Source of the DNA: an uncultured Actinomycetes bacterium
GTDB taxonomy: Bacteria; Actinomycetota; Thermoleophilia; Gaiellales; Gaiellaceae
Assembly: GCA_963742625.1 (NCBI GenBank)
Contig: CAVUMO010000001.1
Coordinates: 234,138 to 298,137, forward strand
DNA: 64,000 nucleotides
Reading direction: 5' to 3'
Shown: positions 37,952 to 45,774 of the stretch, in pieces
Numbering within the stretch: position 1 is the stretch's first letter
How the letters are laid out: each line of letters begins with the position of its first letter
Notes under the pieces: generated by a model
Told to the model about the DNA's origin: nothing
The model's input: the letters and a program-made list of their open reading frames with translations, nothing else
Database searches by the model: none
Position numbers and translations under genes: made by a program

Positions 37952-38518
37952 GTGGAGGCCTCGTCCGATGCCGAGCTCGTTGCCCGCTGCCGGGCAGGAG
38001 AGCAGGGCGCCTGGGACGCGCTCGTCGACCGGTATGCGCGCTACGTCTACGCCATCGCAGCCCGCGTCTACCGGCTCGAGCCGAGCGACGCCGAGGACGT
38101 CTTCCAGGACGTCTTCGCGCGGGTGTTCGAGCGGCTCGACACGCTACGAGACGCCGATGCGCTGCGCCCCTGGATCGCCCAGACGACCAGGCGCTGCGCC
38201 GTCGACACGCTCCGCCGGTCGGGGCGCGAGACGGTCGTGGACGCGCTCCCCGACGGCCCCGACGACGGGCTCGCAGAGCTGGACGAGGCGATGACCATCC
38301 ACGCCGCGCTCGGCGGGCTCTCGCCCGACTGCCGCGAGATCCTCGACCGGTTCTTCACGCGGGACGAGAGCTACCGGACGATCGGAACGGAGCTCGACCT
38401 GCCCGCCGGCACGATCGCGAGCCGCATCGCCCGGTGCCTCGCTCGGCTTCGCGACGTGCTCCAGCCCGACGCGGTTTCGCGTGCGGGGAAGAAAGCCGAC
38501 CGCCCGCGCGTCGGGTGA
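37952..38518 (+). CDS. ECF-type RNA polymerase sigma-70 family factor
   Basis: Region 2 (AWDALVDRYARYVYAIA...DAEDVFQDVFARVFERL) and region 4 (SYRTIGTELDLPAGTIASRIARCLARLR). GTG at 37952 lies 11 nt after AGGAG. Confidence 0.85.
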   Translation: MEASSDAELVARCRAGEQGAWDALVDRYARYVYAIAARVYRLEPSDAEDVFQDVFARVFERLDTLRDADALRPWIAQTTRRCAVDTLRRSGRETVVDALPDGPDDGLAELDEAMTIHAALGGLSPDCREILDRFFTRDESYRTIGTELDLPAGTIASRIARCLARLRDVLQPDAVSRAGKKADRPRVG

Positions 38519-38522
38519 GTAG

Positions 38523-38786
38523 GTGAAGAAGACGCCGATGACGACCCCCGAGGAACGGATCGCCGAGCTCCTCCGCACCCTCCCCGCGCCCCCGCAGGGC
38601 TGGGTGGAGGCTGCGAAGGCGCTGCCGACCGCTCGACGAGAGCTCGACACGATCGTCGAGCGGATCGAGCGCGACGAGCGCTTTCGCGAGCTCGTACGAG
38701 CCGGCCTCGAGGAGGCCCTGAGGGTCGAAGGGGTCGAGCCGACCCCGGCCGTCGTCGCGCTTCTCCGCCGACGCCTCGAGGCGTGA
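38523..38786 (+). CDS. 87-aa hypothetical protein, candidate non-canonical anti-sigma/partner
   Basis: It starts 4 nt after the sigma gene stop. It has no TM segment and no HxxxCxxC motif. It overlaps the next gene (GTGA). Confidence 0.5.
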   Translation: MKKTPMTTPEERIAELLRTLPAPPQGWVEAAKALPTARRELDTIVERIERDERFRELVRAGLEEALRVEGVEPTPAVVALLRRRLEA

Positions 38787-39361
38787 GCGAGTCGTCGACC
38801 GAGATATCTGTCGCGGGGCTTCCCATTGCCCAGCTGCAGGATATCCTGGCGGAGTCCGGCCCCGGGCCCGCCGGCGGCTCCGCCGCGGCGCTCGCGGCGA
38901 CGATGGCGGCCGGGCTCGTTCGTCTCGTCGCCCGCGTCTCCGAGGACTGGCCCGAGGCGCCCGGCGTCGCCGCGCAAGCGTCCGCGCTCGGAGACCGCTC
39001 GCTCGCGCTCGCCGACGAAGACCACCGCGTCTACGCGCGCGCGATGGCGGAGCTCGCGGCGCCCGACCGCGATGCGACGCTCGGGGCGGCGCTCAGGCAT
39101 GCGGCGGAGGTGCCGCTCCACATCGCGGAGACCGCGGCGGACGTGACGATGCTGGCCGCGCTCGCCGCGCGCGAGGGAAGCGAGACCGTGCGCGCAGACG
39201 CATGGGCGGCGGCGGCGTTGGCCGAGGCGGCGACCACGGCCGCGGCGCGCCTCGTCCACGTGAACCTGGCGACGCGTCCCGAGGACGAGCTCTGCGCACG
39301 CGCCGACGAGGCGGCACGCACCGCCGTGAGCGCGCGGGAGGCCGCGCTCTCCGCATCGTGA
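38783..39361 (+). CDS. cyclodeaminase/cyclohydrolase (FTCD C-terminal domain-like) family protein
   Basis: PAGGSAAALAATMAAGLVRLV and all-helical Ala-rich sequence typical of the formiminotransferase-cyclodeaminase C-terminal family. Confidence 0.65.
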   Translation: MSESSTEISVAGLPIAQLQDILAESGPGPAGGSAAALAATMAAGLVRLVARVSEDWPEAPGVAAQASALGDRSLALADEDHRVYARAMAELAAPDRDATLGAALRHAAEVPLHIAETAADVTMLAALAAREGSETVRADAWAAAALAEAATTAAARLVHVNLATRPEDELCARADEAARTAVSAREAALSAS

Positions 39362-40176
39362 GCGCGCGGCCGATCCCGTCCTGGAGCCTCCCCCCGGGAG
39401 ATGCGCCGGCGGTGGCGGCGCCCGGGCCCTGGCGCGAGGCGCTCACGCGCGAGTGGGCCATCGGCGGCTCGCGCGGCGCCGTCGACGTCTGCATCGTCGA
39501 CAGCGGCGTCGAGGCGGGCCACCCGCTCGTCGGCCCGCTCGCGAGCGCCCGAGCGGTCGCGCGGGCCGAGGACGGGTCCGTGCAGATCGTCGAGGACGAC
39601 GTCGGCGACGTCGTCGGGCACGGGACCGCCTGCGCCGGGATCGTCCGCTCGCTCGCTCCCGACTGCCGCCTCCACTCGGTGCGCGTCCTGGGTGCGGGGA
39701 ACACCGGCGCAGGGGAGCTGATCCTCGCCGGCCTGCGGCACGCGATCGACGCCGGCCACCGCGTGATCAACCTCAGCCTCTCGACGACGAAGCGGCGGTT
39801 TGCCGAGGAGCTGCACGAGCTGGCGGACGACGCGTACTTCAAGCGGACGTTGATCGTTGCATCCGCGCACAACCTGCCCGTCGACAGCTACCCGTGGCGG
39901 TTCTCGTCGGTGATCTCGGTCGGGAGCCATGAACGCCCCGATCCGCTCGCGTGGTTCGCCAACCCCGACCCGCCGGTCGAGCTGTTCGCGCGCGGCGTCG
40001 ACGTCGACGTGGCGTGGCTCGGAGGCGGGAGGCTCCGCTGCACCGGGAACAGCTTCGCCGCGCCGCACGTGGCCGGAATCTCGGCGCTCGTCCTGGCGAA
40101 GCACCCGGAGTTGACGCCGTACCAGGTCAAGACCGTCCTCCGCCTGACCGCGACGAACACGGAGGGAACGTCGTGA
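39358..40176 (+). CDS. S8 family (subtilisin-like) serine peptidase, no signal peptide
   Basis: Asp VCIVDSGV, His GHGTACAG and Ser GNSFAAPHVAG. GTGA overlaps on both sides. Confidence 0.85.
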   Translation: MSARPIPSWSLPPGDAPAVAAPGPWREALTREWAIGGSRGAVDVCIVDSGVEAGHPLVGPLASARAVARAEDGSVQIVEDDVGDVVGHGTACAGIVRSLAPDCRLHSVRVLGAGNTGAGELILAGLRHAIDAGHRVINLSLSTTKRRFAEELHELADDAYFKRTLIVASAHNLPVDSYPWRFSSVISVGSHERPDPLAWFANPDPPVELFARGVDVDVAWLGGGRLRCTGNSFAAPHVAGISALVLAKHPELTPYQVKTVLRLTATNTEGTS

Positions 40177-40808
40177 GCGACGAGCAGGGAGCAGCAGCCG
40201 CAGGGGTGCTCGGCGGAGACGAGGACACGTATCGCGCGCTCCTCCAGTCGATCGTGGACGTCGCACGGGCGATCTTCGACGCAGAGGCTTCCTCGGTCTT
40301 CCTCTACGACGAGGACGCGGACGAGCTCGTCTTCGAGGCCGTCTCGGGCCAGGGTGGCGACACGCTCGTCGGAACGCGGTTCCCGTCGAGCACGGGCATC
40401 GCAGGGTTCGCGCTCGTCACCCGCCAGCCGCTCGTCGTCGACGACCTCTCGAACGACCCGCGGTTCTCCCGCGAGCGGGCGGCTTCGACCGGCTACGTCC
40501 CGAACAGCATCGTCGCCTCGCCGCTCCTGCACGACGAGCGGGCGCTCGGCGTGCTCTCCGTCCTCGATCGCTCAGCCGACCGGCCGTTCGGCGTCGCGGA
40601 GCTCGACCTCCTCTCGCGCTTCTCGACGCAGGCTGCGATCGGGCTCGACCTGCTCCTCCGCGCGCGGCGCGCCCGCTCCGCCCTCGCCGGCGAGGGCAGC
40701 GCTGCGCTCGTCGCGCGGGTCGCCTCGCTCCTCGACGAGGAGGAGGGCGACGAGGGCGTGCTCCTGCTCGAGGCGATCGAGCGCCTGCTCGTCTCACGGG
40801 GCGCCTAG
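40173..40808 (+). CDS. GAF domain protein
   Basis: LLQSIVDVARAIFDAEASSVFLYDEDADELVFEAV...GIAGFALVTRQPLVVDDLSNDPRF...SPLLHDERALGVLSVLD. Confidence 0.8.
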   Translation: MSDEQGAAAAGVLGGDEDTYRALLQSIVDVARAIFDAEASSVFLYDEDADELVFEAVSGQGGDTLVGTRFPSSTGIAGFALVTRQPLVVDDLSNDPRFSRERAASTGYVPNSIVASPLLHDERALGVLSVLDRSADRPFGVAELDLLSRFSTQAAIGLDLLLRARRARSALAGEGSAALVARVASLLDEEEGDEGVLLLEAIERLLVSRGA

Positions 40809-40813
40809 AACGA

Positions 40814-40838
40814 GAGACGGCGCCTGAGGCGCCGTCTC
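40814..40838. terminator. bidirectional terminator-like hairpin between convergent genes
   Basis: GAGACGGCGCC-TGA-GGCGCCGTCTC, an 11-bp perfect stem, located between the GAF gene stop and the small repeat-peptide gene stop. Confidence 0.6.
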
Positions 40839-40883
40839 GTGCCGGTTAGGCCCCCCGCGGGAAGGCCGGTCCGAAGGTGAACC

Positions 40884-41078
40884 TCAGACGCCGCCCCCGT
40901 GATTCTCGGGCTCGCTGCCGCCCCCGTGATTCTCGGGCTCGCTGCCGCCCCCGTGATTCTCGGGCTCGCTGCCGCCCCCGTGGTTGCCGGGCTCGCTGCC
41001 GGTGCCGAACGAATGCCCCTCGAAGTCCTCGTCCTCGACCTCGGCCTCGTCAGTGCGCTTGTCCTGCTCGTCCGACAC
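40884..41078 (-). CDS. small acidic tandem-repeat protein (64 aa; SEP(G/E)NHGGG x4)
   Basis: GTG at 41078 is preceded by AAGGAGG with a 5-nt spacer. Sequence: MSDEQDKRTDEAEVEDEDFEGHSFGTG + SEPGNHGGG + 3x SEPENHGGG + V. Confidence 0.65.
   Translation of the reverse strand: MSDEQDKRTDEAEVEDEDFEGHSFGTGSEPGNHGGGSEPENHGGGSEPENHGGGSEPENHGGGV
40891..40998. repeat. 27-bp tandem repeat x4 (three identical units, one diverged) inside the small peptide gene
   Basis: CCGCCCCCGTGATTCTCGGGCTCGCTG occurs at 40891, 40918 and 40945. The variant CCGCCCCCGTGGTTGCCGGGCTCGCTG is at 40972. Confidence 0.95.
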
Positions 41079-41164
41079 TGTTGCCTCCTTGTTGCGGTGG
41101 ATGGCGCGGATAGCGGTTCATCTCACCCGACGCGCGAGTGGGGTGAAATCTTCCCTCGTTTCTG

Positions 41165-42856
41165 GTGTGGTTGGCAACCCCGATGGCCGAATCGCTCCAT
41201 ACCGAGACCGAAGGTCGCGCGCGCGCGGCCATGCGCGCGCTGCGCGACGTGTTCAGAAACCCTGCCCTCCGCCGCCTGCAGCTCGCGTGGATCGGCTCCA
41301 TCCTGGGTGCGTGGGCCTACATCGTCGCGCTCGGGGTCTACGCGTACGACCAGGGCGGTCCCTCAGCCGTCGGGGTCGTCGGTCTGATCCGGTTCCTCCC
41401 GGCCGCCATCCTGGCGCCCTTCACCTCGTCACTCGTCGACCGGTTCTCCCGGGTCACGGTGATGGTCTGGAGCGACGTCGTCCGGGCTGCGCTGATGCTC
41501 GGCGCTGCCGCGACGATCGCGGCGGACGGGCCCGCGCCGATCGTCTACGCACTCGTCGCTCTCTCGGCGGTCGCGAGCACGGTGTTCCGGCCGGCGAAGT
41601 CCGCGCTGCTCCCCGCGCTCGTGACCTCGCCCGGCGAGCTGACCGCGGCGAACGCCGCGTCGAGCACGCTCGAGAGCGTCGCGATGTTCCTCGGGCCGGC
41701 GCTCGGTGGAGCGCTCCTCGCCGTCTCGAGCCCGTCCGTCGTGTTCGCGGCGAACGGCCTGGCGTTCGTCTGGTCGGCGGCTCTCGTGGTCGGCCTGCGG
41801 GCGTACGAGCCCACGCGCGTGCACACCGCACGCGACGCGAGCCGGCCGGTCGTGTCGACGATCATGGCGGGGATCTCGACGATCGTCCACGAGCAGGCCT
41901 TGCGCACCCTCGTCGGCCTCTACGGCGCGCAGACGCTTGTCGCGGGCGCAGTGAACGTCCTCGTCGTCGTCGCGGCGTTCCAACTGCTCGATCTCGGCGA
42001 GGCCGGCGTGGGGTTGCTGTACGCCGCACTCGGTATCGGCGGCCTGATCGGCGGCTTCGTCGCCCTCGTGCTCGCAGTGCACGGACGCCTCGCCCGCGAC
42101 TTCGCGATCGGGCTTGCGCTCTTCGGGCTCCCGCTCGCGCTGATCGGCGGGCTGCCGACGGCCTTCGTCGCGGTGGTCGCGCTCGCGGTCGTCGGCATCG
42201 GCAACTCCCTCGTCGACGTGAACGCCCTGACGATCATGCAGCGAGCCGTCCCGGACGCCGTCCTCGGTCGGGCGCTCGGCGCGCTCGATGGCCTGATGCT
42301 CGCAACGCTCGGCCTTGGCGCCCTTCTCGCGCCGGTGCTCGTCGACGCTGTCGGGGTCAAGGCCGCGCTCGTGATCACCGGCGCGGTCCTGCCCGTGCTG
42401 GTGGTGCTCACCCGTCCGCGACTTCGCGCGATCGACGGCGCGGCGGCGGTGCCAGAAGGCACCGGGCTCCTGCGCCGTGTCCCGCTCCTCGCGGCACTGC
42501 CGGAGCCGGTGCTCGAGCGCCTCGCACGGGAGTCGGCGGCGGCGGCGTTCACGGCCGGCGCGACGATCGTGCGCGAGGGCGACCCGGGCGACCGGTTCTA
42601 CGTCGTCTCGAGCGGCACGGTCGGGATCCTCGGCAAGGAGCTCGGCCCGGGTGAGGCGTTCGGCGAGATCGCGCTCCTCCGCGACGTCCCGCGCACCGCG
42701 ACCGCGACCGCCGTCACCGACGTCTCGCTCGTGACGCTCGAGCGGGGGCCGTTCGTCGCCGCGGTCACGGGGCACGCGCCGAGCGCGGCAGAGGCGGACA
42801 CGCTGATCGCGGCCAGGCTCGGGTCGCTCAGCGCTCGAAACTCCTCGTCGGTGTGA
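41165..42856 (+). CDS. MFS transporter fused to a C-terminal cyclic nucleotide-binding domain
   Basis: About 420 aa of 12-TM-like MFS sequence, then LLRRVPLLAALPEPVLERLA...FYVVSSGTVGI...GPGEAFGEIALLRDVPRTATATA. An alternative ATG start is at 41183. Confidence 0.85.
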   Translation: MWLATPMAESLHTETEGRARAAMRALRDVFRNPALRRLQLAWIGSILGAWAYIVALGVYAYDQGGPSAVGVVGLIRFLPAAILAPFTSSLVDRFSRVTVMVWSDVVRAALMLGAAATIAADGPAPIVYALVALSAVASTVFRPAKSALLPALVTSPGELTAANAASSTLESVAMFLGPALGGALLAVSSPSVVFAANGLAFVWSAALVVGLRAYEPTRVHTARDASRPVVSTIMAGISTIVHEQALRTLVGLYGAQTLVAGAVNVLVVVAAFQLLDLGEAGVGLLYAALGIGGLIGGFVALVLAVHGRLARDFAIGLALFGLPLALIGGLPTAFVAVVALAVVGIGNSLVDVNALTIMQRAVPDAVLGRALGALDGLMLATLGLGALLAPVLVDAVGVKAALVITGAVLPVLVVLTRPRLRAIDGAAAVPEGTGLLRRVPLLAALPEPVLERLARESAAAAFTAGATIVREGDPGDRFYVVSSGTVGILGKELGPGEAFGEIALLRDVPRTATATAVTDVSLVTLERGPFVAAVTGHAPSAAEADTLIAARLGSLSARNSSSV

Positions 42857-43925
42857 CGAGGTCCTCCTCGTTGGCGTCCGGCTCGGGGTCCTCGAGCCCC
42901 TCGAGCACGTCCTCGGCCGACGTCTCTTCCTGCTCCTCCATCCGCCGCAGCGAGGCGAACGACAGTCCCTCCCGGGCGAGCATCACCAGCCCGACCCCGA
43001 CACCGACGGACATCTCGACCGCCTGGAGCACGAGCCCGAACGCGAACCCGGTGCCGTACTGGACGCCGTACGAGACGAGCGGCAGCGCGACCGCGGCCTG
43101 GAGAAGCCCGATGTTGCCGGGCCAGAGCGGAAAGATCGTCGCGACGTTCATCAGCAGGAGCACGAGCGCGGCGGCCGGCAACGGCACGCCCATGTCGAAC
43201 GCCGCCGTGACGGCCCAGACCGCGAGCAGCTGGAAGACCCACCCGAGCAGCTGGAAGAAGCCGGCCGCGACGGCGGCGCCCGGGGTCCGCAGCACCGCGA
43301 GCCCCTGCCGCGCCATTGTCAGCAACCGCCGGACGGTGCCGAGGCCGTCGACGTGCACCCGCGCGTGTGCGCGACGCGCCGAGATCACGCCGACCGTGAA
43401 GAGCGCGAGCCCGACGAGGCCGACGACCACGATCCCCGTGACCGCCCAGTGCGGGATCTTCGCGGTCGCGAGGACGTACGCGACGAGCAGCGCGATCGGG
43501 AAGAGGTCGAACAGGCGATGCGCGAAGACGGTCCCGAGGAGCGTCGCGCTCGTGCCGGGCCGCCCGTTCGGCAGGTGCCGGCGCAAGACGGCGACACGCG
43601 CGAGCTCGCCGGCCCGCGCCGGCAGCACGGCGTTCCCGAGGAGGCCGATGCCGAACGCGGAGAACACCTGCCGGAAGCGCGGCAACGGCTCGGGGAGGGC
43701 CTGCCGGATCGTGAGGTTCCACGACATGACCCGGACGAGCACGGAGACGAGGTTGAGGAAGACGCCCACGACGACCCAGCGCCAGCTGACGAAGTCGAAG
43801 GCGTGGTAGACCGTGTTCCACTCCGGGCCGCGCCACCAGATCGCGAGGACCGCGACGACGAGCGAGGCGAGCACGAGCACGCCCCGCGCCCACGGGTTCT
43901 CGTACAGCGCGAAGAGCCGCTTCAC
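42828..43925 (-). CDS. lysylphosphatidylglycerol-synthase-TM-region / UPF0104 (flippase-like) membrane protein
   Basis: The protein-like C-terminal 365 aa of ORF 42828..44555 from GTG 43925 (VKRLFALYENPWARGVLVLASL...). GTGA overlap with the glycosyltransferase. Confidence 0.7.
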   Translation of the reverse strand: MKRLFALYENPWARGVLVLASLVVAVLAIWWRGPEWNTVYHAFDFVSWRWVVVGVFLNLVSVLVRVMSWNLTIRQALPEPLPRFRQVFSAFGIGLLGNAVLPARAGELARVAVLRRHLPNGRPGTSATLLGTVFAHRLFDLFPIALLVAYVLATAKIPHWAVTGIVVVGLVGLALFTVGVISARRAHARVHVDGLGTVRRLLTMARQGLAVLRTPGAAVAAGFFQLLGWVFQLLAVWAVTAAFDMGVPLPAAALVLLLMNVATIFPLWPGNIGLLQAAVALPLVSYGVQYGTGFAFGLVLQAVEMSVGVGVGLVMLAREGLSFASLRRMEEQEETSAEDVLEGLEDPEPDANEEDLVTPTRSFER

Positions 43926-45064
43926 GCGGCCTGCGCCTCCGCCTCCGTCCCCGTCACGCGGTCGTAGATCTCCTCGAGGCGCCGTGCGATGTCGGCCCAC
44001 GAGTAGCGCTGCTCGGCGAGGCGGCGCGCAGCGGCCCCCATCGCGGTCCGTCGTGGCTCGTCGGCGAGCAGCGCCTCGACGGCGTCGACGAGCGCGCCCA
44101 GCTCCCCCGCGGGCACCGGGACGGCGGTGTCCGGGGTCACGACCTCGCGATAGCCCTCGATGTCCGAGGCAACGACGGGAGTCGCGCAGGCGAACGCACG
44201 GGTGAGGACCATGCCGAAGCTCTCGCCGCCGAGCGACGGCGCGACGAGCGCCTTCGTCGAGCGAAGGAGGTCGGTGAGCGCGTCCTGCGAGAGAAACCCG
44301 ACCACGTCGATCCCCTCGTCGGGGACGGCGAGGCGGGTGAGCAGCAGCCGGACGGCGAGGGGATCCGCGCCCGCCACGACGAGCCGGGCGTTCGTGCGGC
44401 GGCGGATCTCCGGCCATGCGCGCAGAAGCACCTGGAGCCCCTTGCGGGGCTCGTGCCGCCCCGCGAAGACGATCGTGTGCTCCCGCGCGCCAGGGTCGGC
44501 CTCGTCGGGGATCAGGACGCCGTTCGGGACGATCTCGACCGGCCCGTCGAGCCACGCTTCCACCGAGGCACGCGCGCGCTCGGAGACGGCGATCCGCTGG
44601 TCGATCCGGTCCATCAGGAACCCCCAGGCGGGCATCCCGAGCCGCATCCAGCCCAGGTCGCCGGAGGCATGGTGGGTGGCGACGATCGGGGTCCGGGCGA
44701 GCGCCAGCACCGCGATGCAGATCGCAGGGGTCATCGGCTCATGGAGGTGAAGCACATCGAACCGCTCCCGCTCGAGCACGCGGCGGATCCGGAAGAATGA
44801 CCGCGGGCTGAGGACGACGTTCGGGAGCGAGCCGTTCGCCGGCACGATCACCGATCGGCCGACCGGGATCACGTTCGCCGGCGGGTTCCCGTGGCGCCCG
44901 ACGCGGGGGTGGAGCGCTCGGGTGAACTGCCCCGGCGGGTCGTTTCCCATCACGAGGCGCACCTCGTGCCCGCGCGCCTCGAGGGCTGCCGCCTGGAGCT
45001 CCGCGTGCTCGACGACCGCCCCCCAGAACGACCACGAGAACGGCACGACGATGCCGATCTTCAC
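43922..45064 (-). CDS. GT4-family glycosyltransferase (PimA-like)
   Basis: MKIGIVVPFSW..., and the E-x7-E region PSLGGESFGMVLTRAFACATPVVASDIEGYREVV. Confidence 0.85.
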   Translation of the reverse strand: MKIGIVVPFSWSFWGAVVEHAELQAAALEARGHEVRLVMGNDPPGQFTRALHPRVGRHGNPPANVIPVGRSVIVPANGSLPNVVLSPRSFFRIRRVLERERFDVLHLHEPMTPAICIAVLALARTPIVATHHASGDLGWMRLGMPAWGFLMDRIDQRIAVSERARASVEAWLDGPVEIVPNGVLIPDEADPGAREHTIVFAGRHEPRKGLQVLLRAWPEIRRRTNARLVVAGADPLAVRLLLTRLAVPDEGIDVVGFLSQDALTDLLRSTKALVAPSLGGESFGMVLTRAFACATPVVASDIEGYREVVTPDTAVPVPAGELGALVDAVEALLADEPRRTAMGAAARRLAEQRYSWADIARRLEEIYDRVTGTEAEAQAA

Positions 45065-45083
45065 CCGGGCAGCCTAACTACCG

Positions 45084-45110
45084 CGCGGGGGAAACCATGT
45101 TTCCCCCGCG
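45084..45110. other. perfect 11-bp hairpin in the leader of the GT4 gene
   Basis: CGCGGGGGAAA-CCATG-TTTCCCCCGCG, 20 nt upstream of the GTG at 45064. It lies in a 177-nt spacer after the marR-like gene stop. Confidence 0.5.
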
Positions 45111-45241
45111 AGCCCCTTCTTCTGCGCTGTTGCTCGCGAGAGCGTCGTTGGCCTCTCGGGCGAATGAATCGCCCTTCGGCCGCGCTGCGTCCCGGCTCCA
45201 CCACGGTTGTTCAGAAACGAGAGAGTTGCAAGCCCGCGCTC

Positions 45242-45709
45242 CTAGGATGTCGCGCCGGGGCGGAGGCGCTCCCAGGCGTCGGCGAGCACGTCGAGCTCCG
45301 CGTCGTCGAAGTGCACGAGGAACCGGCGCCTCACACCCTCGATGAGGGTCGGCCGAGCCTCGCAGAGCGCCGCGCACCCCGCCTCGGTGAGGCGCGCGTA
45401 CATGACGCGACGGTCCTCCGAGCACCCCTCACGCACGACGAGACCGGACTGCACGAGGCGATCGACGAGGCGCGTCACGCCGCTCTGGCTGAGCAGCACG
45501 GACTGCGCGAGCTCGCTCATCGTCAGCCTTCCGCAGGGTGCGCCCTCGAGGTGGAAGAGCACCTCGTAATGCGCGAGCGGTAGCTCGTGATCGGACTCGA
45601 GCTCGCCGTTGAGCTCACGAACGATGCCGGAGTGCACGCGCAGGAACCCACGCCAGGCGGCGAGCTCACGGGCACTGAGCGGGGAAAATGTCGTTTCTTG
45701 CATCTGCAA
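45242..45709 (-). CDS. MarR family transcriptional regulator
   Basis: Winged-helix region LTMSELAQSVLLSQSGVTRLVDRLVQSGLVVRE...DRRVMYARLTEAG. The start is TTG 45709 or ATG 45703. Confidence 0.88.
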   Translation of the reverse strand: MQMQETTFSPLSARELAAWRGFLRVHSGIVRELNGELESDHELPLAHYEVLFHLEGAPCGRLTMSELAQSVLLSQSGVTRLVDRLVQSGLVVREGCSEDRRVMYARLTEAGCAALCEARPTLIEGVRRRFLVHFDDAELDVLADAWERLRPGATS

Positions 45710-45774
45710 CTATGGTAGATGCTCTCTGACACGTTTTCACATGCGGCCGGGCCGCGGCACGATTGGGGAGCGGA

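Noticed and set aside
41243-41252. 10-mer GTTCAGAAAC shared between the MFS gene 5' region and 45197-45206
   Set aside because: It has only two copies, one of them inside coding sequence, which is insufficient evidence for a motif.
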